From a virus (lineage: Duplodnaviria > Caudoviricetes): a stretch of DNA of 64,000 nt. The stretch spans positions 1 to 64,000 of IMG/VR virus record IMGVR_UViG_3300013947_000034. One strand, written 5' to 3'. The translations under genes were made by a program, and so were the position numbers. Positions 26,001-33,984 of the stretch are shown here, in pieces (the stretch's first letter is position 1; each line of letters begins with the position of its first letter). The notes beneath the pieces were generated by a model that did no database searches, was not told the origin of the DNA, and saw only the letters and a program-made list of their open reading frames with translations.

Positions 26001-27121
26001 CGAAGAGTTTCATTAAGACTAGCACTACCGCTTCTATTTTTAAGACCTTTCCAAAAACCTCTAAGTCCATACATTTGAATAATATCAAACGTAAGATTAC
26101 CAAAGTTATATTTAAAGTCTTCATCAGCAGAAGCTTTAGAAATCTTTCTAGCAACAGCATCTTTATCAGAAGTATCAATATCTTGAAGTAGTTCTTGATT
26201 CTTATTTACAAATGCTTGATAATCTTGATTATTCATACTATTAAGCTTATCAGTAGCAGTTTTATAAACATCTTGATAAACTCCTTGCGCTTCTTGATAA
26301 TTTTCCATCATACGTTGAAGTACAGCATTACCTCCAACATTAGCAAAAGTATTAAGCTTACCTCCTTCTCTAGTGCTATTAATAATTCTAGCAGCAGCAG
26401 ATTGAAAACCAGTAAGATGAGTACCTTCTACCCCACGCTCAATATTATCAAGAGTTTTATTAATACCAAATAAACTTTTAAGACCGCTACGACTACGAGC
26501 ACCGAGTTTAAGAGCTTTACCTATAGTACCAACTCCTTTCATAATTCCACTAGCAGGAAGAAGTAAAGTTAAACTAGACATTACACTAGGGAAATTACTA
26601 GCCCACCAACCGAAATTTGTAAGACCTCCACTATAAATATCATTACGTGTAGGGTCACTATAAATTGGAGCTACTTCTTGGTCGAAATAATCTTGCCATT
26701 CTTTAATTGTATTACTAATAGGATTTTGGTAATCACCATCACTAGTAAAGAAACCATTAGCGACAGCATCAAACAAATCAGGAACAGCTTTAAGTGTACC
26801 AAGAATAGCTTGACTAACAAGAGCTTGACTTAAAGCATTACCAGCTTTAGTCCAATTAGACTGATTTTCAGCACGCTCTTTGTCAAGATTAGTAATTGGA
26901 TTAGGAGTAACACCATAGTGTTGATAACTATGAGTATCGCCCATAACCCAAGTACTACCTACGTTCTTAGCAAATTCATTAGCTGCACCTGAAGTATTAT
27001 CTTGATTTACATCTAAAGTATGAAAGAAGGGTTGTTGAGCACGACCCTTCTTTGTTTTAGGATTATAATTAGGATTACTAACTATAATTCCACTATTATT
27101 AAAAACACCTTCTGTATTCAT
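20027..27121 (-). CDS. large virion/ejection protein with a C-terminal zincin-like metalloprotease domain, 2364 aa
   Basis: HENLH (HExxH) plus downstream EEFIVESLT; hydrophobic Gly-rich N-terminal helices; adjacent to the RNAP gene, as known in crAss-like phages. Confidence 0.8.
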   Translation of the reverse strand: MNTEGVFNNSGIIVSNPNYNPKTKKGRAQQPFFHTLDVNQDNTSGAANEFAKNVGSTWVMGDTHSYQHYGVTPNPITNLDKERAENQSNWTKAGNALSQALVSQAILGTLKAVPDLFDAVANGFFTSDGDYQNPISNTIKEWQDYFDQEVAPIYSDPTRNDIYSGGLTNFGWWASNFPSVMSSLTLLLPASGIMKGVGTIGKALKLGARSRSGLKSLFGINKTLDNIERGVEGTHLTGFQSAAARIINSTREGGKLNTFANVGGNAVLQRMMENYQEAQGVYQDVYKTATDKLNSMNNQDYQAFVNKNQELLQDIDTSDKDAVARKISKASADEDFKYNFGNLTFDIIQMYGLRGFWKGLKNRSGSASLNETLRNNRLAIGKTEEEIKAAADKVSTWTKARNKVWDRLKNEKLIVAGELSEGLEEGVNYIAQMEGTNLGHVLLDEADADKSPWDDRMKKYLRSGGLADSAFWGVMGGVVFHHLGSAFGRVQATIDEKSKTKTDEQTGESTPSSFGLSETGEVKARRDNMQSWLNNFNIFFDRAAKIKEGVNPFAAPSENADIKGNTVAQQVAASRAQDELITDLTLNAAHHGNAGYLREFMKSNEVRDALVNKGITTKEDATQTQQEILNKMDEVTQQYDNELTRVMNIADNYAAHRKDDQVIPIEYLQMIATNNVKYGQDIARQEDKLGLTQANINAALQVKEIADKLGDTSIDDLQRVAAQTILANNLAELYAQRREIEEKAKTDISSAVALDNINKNIAAVQAQLTPDYLREAIRTGITAFHDENGVLKFKPNEGASKELKDIMSLNLNDAEGNEDIAKRAEYFKRLDDYATKHNIVGEFSKYSDELTIAEQNKAFEENRRKANQILTDADEFGIPGVVGKNLTDLLVDKAIAEVNRDYLKSKQVKNREDIASELSFLNQTLDDARVKVINQTYDTIKDIAKRNKDNRNAITNAIGAYYNQDFENYDNFVSILNDKDKADLKEALDCLHLSGKLNYRFGEQIQEMLAKDDLFEETKPAAAQAQEEEAEQLNTETPASPEPSPTVEPLNPSLSTPQTGQTNNLSGSLVESVTAQGNTQLSNVGTQQSAIKPSKIGKLDFTNYKFTTTTGKETTDDDYQLVPTDVDNEYEVHPLSPKLNANDDLFANADIATEQNVNPVSFPIVRLDNDGKFEVVSQGKLGVEGNQEEGTNGNTTIPSTGGIEEGTTTTVAPTVPVAPTVPVAPNLEEDTTPKEEAKVPDFYSNSDDKKILQGVIAKIKTTPDLNLDTEAKAMLDDYVAKGYSETESKQVIDSAFKLVRRKMSKILNKESTVASVYFSSFDQEERNAKTKDGKAVVFDDSYKQAVSDLLDVYAKDVELPQINGKYYGNLMNLMDYIKSAYDDYSMADFMFNSLSAYLNTPEGQAKFNITDANDVSNPVVFLNNFHKSQAERDAALPNGTTHRVNMNLSDFDTDENLKENYAEQVKLKNGDKLTIERVTTAKGTNRLGIKSNGKLIGSISLPSEGERGEYVQKNDGLIYHVDKTDGSKDGALKQVLKDIARSKTPEHAKLNEIIHKAAFDKFNAEQLVSEFKSNPIVQDMVANNMINSDKTGPEYEVALNGLAKLWRYNYKVLTEGNINKFTGAVVANSIDRWFDNLRESYNETAKLDNNPNIDIIASDVFEGELIRSNDGTFKSDAETSQPIQLAIAKDTKFEIAAKSINGEFINGIGSNKFLVSAGRTYVTVPRSNGTVDIVNAYPVSWAGATYYTKDGKQQHVETGKDFKQLQSAIVTQIKDRLASINDGNFTENRDNFIDFIDNLLNINKNPIFLSKGLSVFRTANILGVNFGNKNNQLLFYRDKNGDGVGQIISKVDGKPTYISYNGDLSAVADRLIKGIEGLNFNINFAVLKSDNNHNIPLQGITSRTTDGKFKITIPEYKGKNGINLTYDSFKDFVQQNNLLRVNMAQENGSNIRRVAANKQGANARFSFEVVSKSESRPVKGMDNKTTYTSKADEVKAIIQSNSENKGFEVASALLLDSASKDKLNSIKPDNPLRKLLAKDIIFDSEFMEKHHKQANAVWSNTKGNKVVVGQKFLDMINSKKPGEKGRAIRTIMHENLHAYIEDMANDKTHPNAVANLRSRMKDIYDDFADAIAQDIADLQAGNIENIKQRRHIQDKAALEQITAWLNNVNKFTAESYATRENPQDALEEFIVESLTNVDLMNYLNQVDADGGVVKGNTIWQKILKFIGDLFGVNIRPNSLRAKQMEALGEVFKNNQETEVKAAETETKEDEDSQDTTTPSTGRIEDTTTVEPTEDLLDGAAGKADERFDVSDEDANDEDEYGEDKSTSEEIAFNSFNSAIESLPISERAKFASLVSSAAISMSCR
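23448..23493. repeat. 18-bp tandem repeat (2.5 copies) encoding VAPTVP
   Basis: GGAGCAACTGGAACAGTA x2 plus GGAGCAACTG. Confidence 0.95.
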
Positions 27122-27123
27122 AA

Positions 27124-29073
27124 TTAATCAATGTCTATATTATAAGCATCATCATCATACATTCCTATATTACTAAGAATATAATTAGAATAAATAGCTC
27201 GTTGATTATTAATAAGATTAATATTATCAGTATCAATAAAACTACTCATAGCTTTAGCTAGTTTAGTTTTATAATCATCAGAAGAGAAATCTTCATTAAC
27301 TACATTATTAGCAATAGGAGCAAAACTTTTCCAAGCATCAGGATAAAGTTCACTCATAGCACTAGTAACATAAGCATCAACTTGTTTAGTTAAATCAGTT
27401 TGGAATTGAGTATTAATAGCCCCATTTTTACCAACAATACCTTTACGAAGATTACCATCTTCATCATAAAATTGTTTGTTTGCCAAATCAATACCATCTT
27501 CAACTATAAGCATTTTATTGACTTTACGAAGAGCATCATTCTTATCTAGAGGTTGAACTCTACCATTAGCATATTCCATTTGATAAACAGCTTTACCAGT
27601 AGCAGGGTCATTATAAACATTAAGTTTACCATCTTGAGGAATATCAACACCATATTGATACATTTCCATACTAGCAAGTTCTTTCATAGCTCTAGTCTGA
27701 GAATTTTGAGCAAATACTCTCTCAGCTTCACCATTCATAAAATCAGGAATAAATATCTGACGACTATTTTGTTTAATATCATCAATTTGATTGCCAGTTT
27801 CAGAATCTTTATCAATCTTAGTTGGAATAGTAATTACATAACCTGTTTGATTACCTTGCATACCGAGAGAAACTTGAGTATCAGGGTCAAACTTTCCACT
27901 AGCAATAGCAGCACGAACTAAATCTTGAATATTAGCTTTTTCATTGCTATTATCTATAGCATGACGAACAGTTGTATGTTTATCTGAATCTTCTTCATCA
28001 GTAACATACATTTCATACTGAGTAAAGTCAGCATTCATAAGACCATTAAGAATAGCATTACTATTTTCTTTTACAAGAGAATTAGCTAATTCAGTATTAA
28101 GTCTACCACTATTAAGAGCATCACTAATTTGTTTACGACGAGCACTATTAAAAGGAAGAATCATAGAACTAACAGTAGATACACCATTATTATCTACACC
28201 TTTTATCGGGCGGATAGTTTGTTTAGCTAATTCTATACTTAAAGCAGGAGCTTCAAAATTATCTATCATACTAACACTAGGATTGTAATAATATCCGTCA
28301 CTTTGTTCAGTATTACTTGAACTACCAGTAAGTCTAGTAGCTATATCTAGCCCTTGATGTTTAATATTACCACGTTCCATAACAGAACTAGGAAGATTAC
28401 TTTGATTGTTTTTAATAAGCTTACCTTTAGCATCAATACCAGCTATCTGAAACCTATAGAGACCTTTATCGTTCTTAATATTGCGAATAGTATCATATAC
28501 TTTATTAAATAAAGAACTACGTTTACTAATATCAAGAATATATTGACCATCTTTAATTCTAATTTTAGCACCAGCCTTTTTTAAAGCAGCTTGAGTAAGA
28601 TGAGCACGCTTGAGCATATCAGTAAATGCATCATTATCATATTCAACATCTTTAGCTAACCAATCAATGCCAAGAAAAGTTCTCTTTTCAGTTTTGTCAC
28701 CAAATTTAATAGAAAGACCTTCAGCATCAGTTCCTTTTATACTACCAAGATTTCTTTTAGCATCAGAATAAGCTTTACTAAAAGAATTACTTGCAGGAAT
28801 TACATTACCGTCAGAATCTTTTCCGTTATTAAGTCCTGGTAGAAGATTATCATTATTAACTGCGTTAAGAAAAGCATAAGCTTTACGTTGATTTTCGTCA
28901 AAATGAGACATCATACCTTGTATTCTACGACCATCAGTTCTAAGCTTCTTAATGGTTGCATTAACCATTTGTTGTTTAACTGGGTCAGCAAAGTGAGCAC
29001 GAGATAAATAATTAGCAGCACCAGCATAATCTCCATCACTTATAAACTTGTCATATATCTTTTTACTAAGCAT
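27124..29073 (-). CDS. putative virion cargo/ejection protein, 649 aa
   Basis: Long ORF with native codon usage, positioned in the ejection-protein cluster. Confidence 0.6.
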   Translation of the reverse strand: MLSKKIYDKFISDGDYAGAANYLSRAHFADPVKQQMVNATIKKLRTDGRRIQGMMSHFDENQRKAYAFLNAVNNDNLLPGLNNGKDSDGNVIPASNSFSKAYSDAKRNLGSIKGTDAEGLSIKFGDKTEKRTFLGIDWLAKDVEYDNDAFTDMLKRAHLTQAALKKAGAKIRIKDGQYILDISKRSSLFNKVYDTIRNIKNDKGLYRFQIAGIDAKGKLIKNNQSNLPSSVMERGNIKHQGLDIATRLTGSSSNTEQSDGYYYNPSVSMIDNFEAPALSIELAKQTIRPIKGVDNNGVSTVSSMILPFNSARRKQISDALNSGRLNTELANSLVKENSNAILNGLMNADFTQYEMYVTDEEDSDKHTTVRHAIDNSNEKANIQDLVRAAIASGKFDPDTQVSLGMQGNQTGYVITIPTKIDKDSETGNQIDDIKQNSRQIFIPDFMNGEAERVFAQNSQTRAMKELASMEMYQYGVDIPQDGKLNVYNDPATGKAVYQMEYANGRVQPLDKNDALRKVNKMLIVEDGIDLANKQFYDEDGNLRKGIVGKNGAINTQFQTDLTKQVDAYVTSAMSELYPDAWKSFAPIANNVVNEDFSSDDYKTKLAKAMSSFIDTDNINLINNQRAIYSNYILSNIGMYDDDAYNIDID

Positions 29074-29079
29074 AACTCT

Positions 29080-30306
29080 TTAATTTAAAATACCACATTC
29101 AGATAATTGTCTACTAGTTTGTTGAAATACAGAACCGTCTGTTTTGACATCATAACTATATTCTCCAGGGTTACTAATATAAGTACCACCCAAAGTAGGA
29201 ATAGGAGAAGTAATATTACTAATATCAGTATTAGTAGAAAGAGCATGTTTTGTACTAAAGCTTAAACCTCTAGTAATACTATTACCAGTTTGAGTACTAG
29301 TAGTTATGTTATCATAAGCCATATTCTTAGTAATAATACCTATCTTACTAAGCATATATTCTTTAACTTTAAGAGGTTGCCCATTATCGTCATAAACATC
29401 ACTCTTTAAAGCGGCAATATTGTTCTCAATATTCTTACGCTCACCTTCATCTGTAGTAGTTTCAAGTTTGTCATTAAGTTGTCCAACTTTCCATACAAGG
29501 TCATCGTATTGTTGAATAAGAGCGTTCATATTATCAGGGTCAAGAGCAAAGAGGTTATTATATACCTCATCAATTTTCTTCTTAGTTAAAGTTTCTCTTT
29601 GATAACTAGAACCACTTTGAGTGCTATAACCAAGTTTTACAGAACGAAGACTATCAGAACCAGAAGAAGCATTTCCTCCAACACCTTGTTCATCAGAAAC
29701 ACTAGACTGTGAACTACTACTTGTAGCTTTCTTAACTGGAGCAGCAAGTTGACCAGCAAGAGTAACAAGACGACTAAGGTCAACTTTCTTAACTGGTTCC
29801 CAATTAGCTTTCCATTCAGAACCACCAACTATGTTGCCATTATCATCTTTAATATCTTCATAAGCATATTTATTTTGAGCAAGCCAACGTTCTTTAGTAA
29901 GACCTCCAATAACTCCACTATTAGCAAGGGATTCAACTTCGCCTTTCTTCTTTTCATAAGCTTCATTAGCACGAATACGACCAATAACTTCAGGAGAAGA
30001 AGTAGCACTACCAGCTAATTCAGTAGCAACATCTAAAGCTCTACTATAATCTCCATATTGAGCTGCATCGTTAATTTGTTGTTCAATACGTTTAGCATAA
30101 TCATATTTCCACTTATCTTCAGCAGCGTTAAGTTTAAGCTGACCAATAGCGTTTGTAATAGCGGACTTTTGTTGAATTGCTTTATCAGAACGTTCATCAA
30201 TCTTATTTAATGCTTGAGCAAGAGCATCAAGATTTGCACGAACAGGAATACGTTGAGGTACATAACCACCAATCGTAATAGTACTTTGATTATCCTTATA
30301 AGCCAT
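29080..30306 (-). CDS. putative virion cargo/ejection protein, 408 aa
   Basis: Helical N-terminus; position in the ejection cluster; own -7 box upstream. Confidence 0.6.
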   Translation of the reverse strand: MAYKDNQSTITIGGYVPQRIPVRANLDALAQALNKIDERSDKAIQQKSAITNAIGQLKLNAAEDKWKYDYAKRIEQQINDAAQYGDYSRALDVATELAGSATSSPEVIGRIRANEAYEKKKGEVESLANSGVIGGLTKERWLAQNKYAYEDIKDDNGNIVGGSEWKANWEPVKKVDLSRLVTLAGQLAAPVKKATSSSSQSSVSDEQGVGGNASSGSDSLRSVKLGYSTQSGSSYQRETLTKKKIDEVYNNLFALDPDNMNALIQQYDDLVWKVGQLNDKLETTTDEGERKNIENNIAALKSDVYDDNGQPLKVKEYMLSKIGIITKNMAYDNITTSTQTGNSITRGLSFSTKHALSTNTDISNITSPIPTLGGTYISNPGEYSYDVKTDGSVFQQTSRQLSECGILN

Positions 30307-30332
30307 AATATTATTAATTTATTTACTAGTTA

Positions 30333-30340
30333 CAAAAATA
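30333..30340 (-). promoter_or_regulatory. Bacteroidota -7 box
   Basis: TATTTTTG on the - strand about 27 bp upstream of ATG 30306. Confidence 0.5.
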
Positions 30341-30342
30341 GC

Positions 30343-30374
30343 AAAACTTCTGATAGTATTAACACTATCAGAAG
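30343..30374 (-). terminator. intrinsic terminator after the 1197-aa gene
   Basis: 11-bp perfect stem CTTCTGATAGT / ACTATCAGAAG with a - strand TTTT tail. Confidence 0.75.
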
Positions 30375-30387
30375 TAATTACTATATT

Positions 30388-33300
30388 TTAATTAATACCA
30401 TACTTTCTACGTTCCTTATCGGTAAGCATACTTAAATAGAAATTCTTAGTACGTTCATCAGTAGAAGCATTATACAAACCTGCAATCATTTGAGGAGAAA
30501 GATTATAGCCCATTTCGAGAAGTCTTGTAGGACTAGCTTCTTTACTAGAAGCAATCATAGCACGTCTACTTTGGTCATCTTCATAAGCAGTTCTACCAGC
30601 AGTCCAGAAATTAGTCCAAGCTTGAGACAAACCGCTAAGACCGACATTAAGAGCTTGAGCTTTAGATTGAACAGCATCGTTTTTAATCTTAGCAATTTCG
30701 CTTTGACGAGCAAGTTCATTCTGAGCATTCTGAATAGCAACAGCTTGTTGATTCTTAGCGTCCTCAGTAAGCATCTTATTTTCTTCATTTTCCTTAGTAG
30801 CATAAAGTTTACTAAGTTGCTCAAGAGCTGTAAGATTAACATCATTTGCTCTATTAAGAGCGGCTACAGAACTAGAAGTATTATTATAAACTTGACTACT
30901 AAGTCTGTCTCTTTGACGTTTTATTTCTTCTACTTGAGGAGCAATATTATAATTAGTAGGAAGTTTACTAGCACTAATAATAGGTGCTCTATCAGGAAGA
31001 TAATATTTACCAGCAGCATTATAATTAATAAGACCAGTACTCAAAGCAGCAAGACTATCAATTCCTAGACCTACATAATCTCCACCAGTAAAAATAGTAT
31101 GGGATTTACTACGAGGTAAACCACGATAAGGAACTTCAACATCTTCTGTAGGAGGAGTATAAGGGAGGTTAGGCACACTTACTTTATTAAAATTAGGAAT
31201 CGTAGTAGCGTTTGTATTAATAGTAACAAAAGAGGGAGTTCTCCATTTTGCAGTAGCAACTACTGGATTAAGTTCTCCACCTATTTGGTCATATTCTTCT
31301 TTACCATATAAAGCTTTATGTCTCATACCTTTTACAGGGCGGCTAGAAATTAAACTTCCACCAAGTTTATATTTAGCAACACCTCCATATCTAAAAGGGG
31401 CATCCATATAATCAAATATATCTATTTTATTATGGATGTCAAAATTTCTAATTTTATCTTTTCCTTGCAATCGTCTACTTTTATCTAAAAGATAATTTCT
31501 ACGAAGAGTTCTATTAATTGTTCTATAATTTACATCTTTCATAAACTTAGTTTCTTTATTAAAATCGTATGCTTTACGAGGTTTCATAAATATTCTAGCT
31601 TCTCTAATAAAATCATCAAAACGATTATATTCTCTAGGTATGAAATAATTTTCATCACCTTTTTGAAAATCAACACCATCAGTATTCCAACGACCTGATT
31701 TATTGGTTTGGTTTAGATATTCTTCTAGATTTTGTAATGTAATCTTATCTTCTTTTGCAGAACTAGGCAAATAAGCACGTTCTGTTACATTAAGTATATC
31801 ACCGTTGCTTCTACCATAATTATCTTCTATTGCTATAGCTCCTTTCTTTCTAGCATCTTCGATAGATTCTTTATAATGTTTAGTACCAGCAAAAACATTA
31901 TTATGTCCTCCTCTAACAACTTTCATTCTTGCAGCTCTTAATTGGTCAGCAATAGGTTTACTTTTATCAATATCGAAATCATAGAACAATTTACCTATAT
32001 AACCGTTGCTTATTCCGTCATTTGGATTTTTAAAAGCGTTAGCTATTCCTCTACTATTAGAAGTATATAAACCACCATTAGTATTCAATCTATCTCCTCC
32101 TCCACGATACGATTTAATTGTAGTAAGATAATTTTTAGCAGTTTCTTTATCGTTAGCATATACTCCACGAAGACTTGTTTGTTGACGCTTTAAAAATTCG
32201 TCCACAGTACGCTGTTCATTCCAAGGATATTTAACTTTAGGATAATTGACTTCTTCAAGAAACTTATAATATTCAGGATTATGATTCATTAAATCATAAT
32301 AAGCATCTTGCTCAACTTTATTTGCAAAACCAGTAGAACCCCAACTATAACCATAATAAGTAGTTGGATTTCCAACAGGTTTTCCATTATGTGTAGGTTG
32401 AATCACTTGACCGTGATATTTAGGAGCTTTCTTATTAAAACTATATTTAAAAAAATCTCGTTCCCTTCTATCAGGCGTAATGTAAGTATAAAATAAATCA
32501 GGATTTTTATTAACAGCTTTATTACGAACTTCAATAGGATATTCATACCAATTATTTTCAAAAGGTCTATTACCCAATGCGACATCTAAATTTTTGTCAT
32601 AATTTTGTTGAATAGTTCTATAATCTCCTCTATCTAAAAGACCTGCTTTTTTATAAAGCTTATTAAGCTTATATCCATATTTTCCGTAATTCATAGGATT
32701 ACGAAGAATGTTAGCAATTTTATTTCCTACAATACCTAATCCTATATCACCAATAGCGTTAACTCCTAAACTCAAATAAGGATGTTCTTTAGCATATTCA
32801 GTATTAAGAAAACCACCAGTATCATTCATCATATAATGACGAAGAAAATCATTAGTGTTTTTACTATCACGAATAGAACCATATATGTTACTAGGTGTAA
32901 AATTAAGAATAGGAGCAGCAGCCGCTGTAGTAAAATTTACAGCACCCATTGGGTCATAATAAGAACTAGTATCTTTTTTACCTGCTTCTTTCCAATGATT
33001 AGCTTTACCAGTAATAACTACATCTTCACCGTTTGTTGCAGAAGTAGTATAATTTTTACCATCTAAAGTATCAGTAAATGTACCATCATTATTAATGTGA
33101 ATACGAGAATAAGGAATAGCAGTTCCTTGTCTAGCTTTACTTCCATCATCTTTAAGTCCATTTCTTTTCTTAAAATCTTGCTGTTCAGCAAACACTTTAT
33201 CTTTATTGTAACCACGAAGAATAGCTTGAGCAGGAGACATTCCATTACCAAGAATAGGTTGAGCACTAAAAATTCTTAGAGCACCATTCTTTTTCTGAGC

Positions 33301-33981
33301 AACTTCACCACCTTCAGCTTCAACTTCATTACCACCAACATTAATACCTATACCAGTTTGACCAGTCTCGTTAATATCTTCATGAGAGCCGCCCTGTAAA
33401 AGGTATGTATTGTTGTCTACCTTAGTAGCATCACCACCATCAGTAATATAAATACCTTTAGCACCAAGAGTTTTACCAAGTCTAGCAGCAGTTCTAAATT
33501 GTCTAAGATAATCTTCTTGATAATCAGAACTATTATTAAGCGCTTGTGTCATAGCGTTAGCTTCTTGAGTAGTGTCTTGCCAATCTTGCATGCTCTTTTG
33601 AAGACGCATTTGTTTCTTCTTTGCAGAATTACCAAAAATAGAACTAGCAATAGAAGTTGCAGCTCCAATAGCAGCACCAATCCAACATTTCTTACGACCA
33701 CCAAGTTTCATCTTAGTAGGGTCATTAGGAATAGTTATTCTATTAAACCCACTAGGAGTACTAGGAAGTGGATTGGGGGCATCAAGATTTTTAATACCCT
33801 CAACATCAACTTTAGGTTGATTATTGTTAGTATTATTAACCTGATGCTTACTGACAGCACTATCTACAATAGAACCAGCAGCCGAAGCTACTGGTGCTAT
33901 ATAAGAAGTAAAGAAACTACCGAAGTCAGCTTTAGGTCTACCACCACAACGAAGACTTCTTCTTTTAGTTTTTACAGTCAT
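30388..33981 (-). CDS. virion cargo protein with a central foreign insert, 1197 aa
   Basis: N-terminal hydrophobic WIGAAIGAATSIASSIFG, GGSHE and VEAEGGE segments, coiled-coil C-terminus; the central ~600 aa differ in composition. Confidence 0.7.
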   Translation of the reverse strand: MTVKTKRRSLRCGGRPKADFGSFFTSYIAPVASAAGSIVDSAVSKHQVNNTNNNQPKVDVEGIKNLDAPNPLPSTPSGFNRITIPNDPTKMKLGGRKKCWIGAAIGAATSIASSIFGNSAKKKQMRLQKSMQDWQDTTQEANAMTQALNNSSDYQEDYLRQFRTAARLGKTLGAKGIYITDGGDATKVDNNTYLLQGGSHEDINETGQTGIGINVGGNEVEAEGGEVAQKKNGALRIFSAQPILGNGMSPAQAILRGYNKDKVFAEQQDFKKRNGLKDDGSKARQGTAIPYSRIHINNDGTFTDTLDGKNYTTSATNGEDVVITGKANHWKEAGKKDTSSYYDPMGAVNFTTAAAAPILNFTPSNIYGSIRDSKNTNDFLRHYMMNDTGGFLNTEYAKEHPYLSLGVNAIGDIGLGIVGNKIANILRNPMNYGKYGYKLNKLYKKAGLLDRGDYRTIQQNYDKNLDVALGNRPFENNWYEYPIEVRNKAVNKNPDLFYTYITPDRRERDFFKYSFNKKAPKYHGQVIQPTHNGKPVGNPTTYYGYSWGSTGFANKVEQDAYYDLMNHNPEYYKFLEEVNYPKVKYPWNEQRTVDEFLKRQQTSLRGVYANDKETAKNYLTTIKSYRGGGDRLNTNGGLYTSNSRGIANAFKNPNDGISNGYIGKLFYDFDIDKSKPIADQLRAARMKVVRGGHNNVFAGTKHYKESIEDARKKGAIAIEDNYGRSNGDILNVTERAYLPSSAKEDKITLQNLEEYLNQTNKSGRWNTDGVDFQKGDENYFIPREYNRFDDFIREARIFMKPRKAYDFNKETKFMKDVNYRTINRTLRRNYLLDKSRRLQGKDKIRNFDIHNKIDIFDYMDAPFRYGGVAKYKLGGSLISSRPVKGMRHKALYGKEEYDQIGGELNPVVATAKWRTPSFVTINTNATTIPNFNKVSVPNLPYTPPTEDVEVPYRGLPRSKSHTIFTGGDYVGLGIDSLAALSTGLINYNAAGKYYLPDRAPIISASKLPTNYNIAPQVEEIKRQRDRLSSQVYNNTSSSVAALNRANDVNLTALEQLSKLYATKENEENKMLTEDAKNQQAVAIQNAQNELARQSEIAKIKNDAVQSKAQALNVGLSGLSQAWTNFWTAGRTAYEDDQSRRAMIASSKEASPTRLLEMGYNLSPQMIAGLYNASTDERTKNFYLSMLTDKERRKYGIN

Positions 33982-33984
33982 AAT

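Noticed and set aside
32170-32225. Possible extra copy of the degenerate element (GACGCTTT...GCTGTTCA)
   Set aside because: Similarity is too weak to support by eye.
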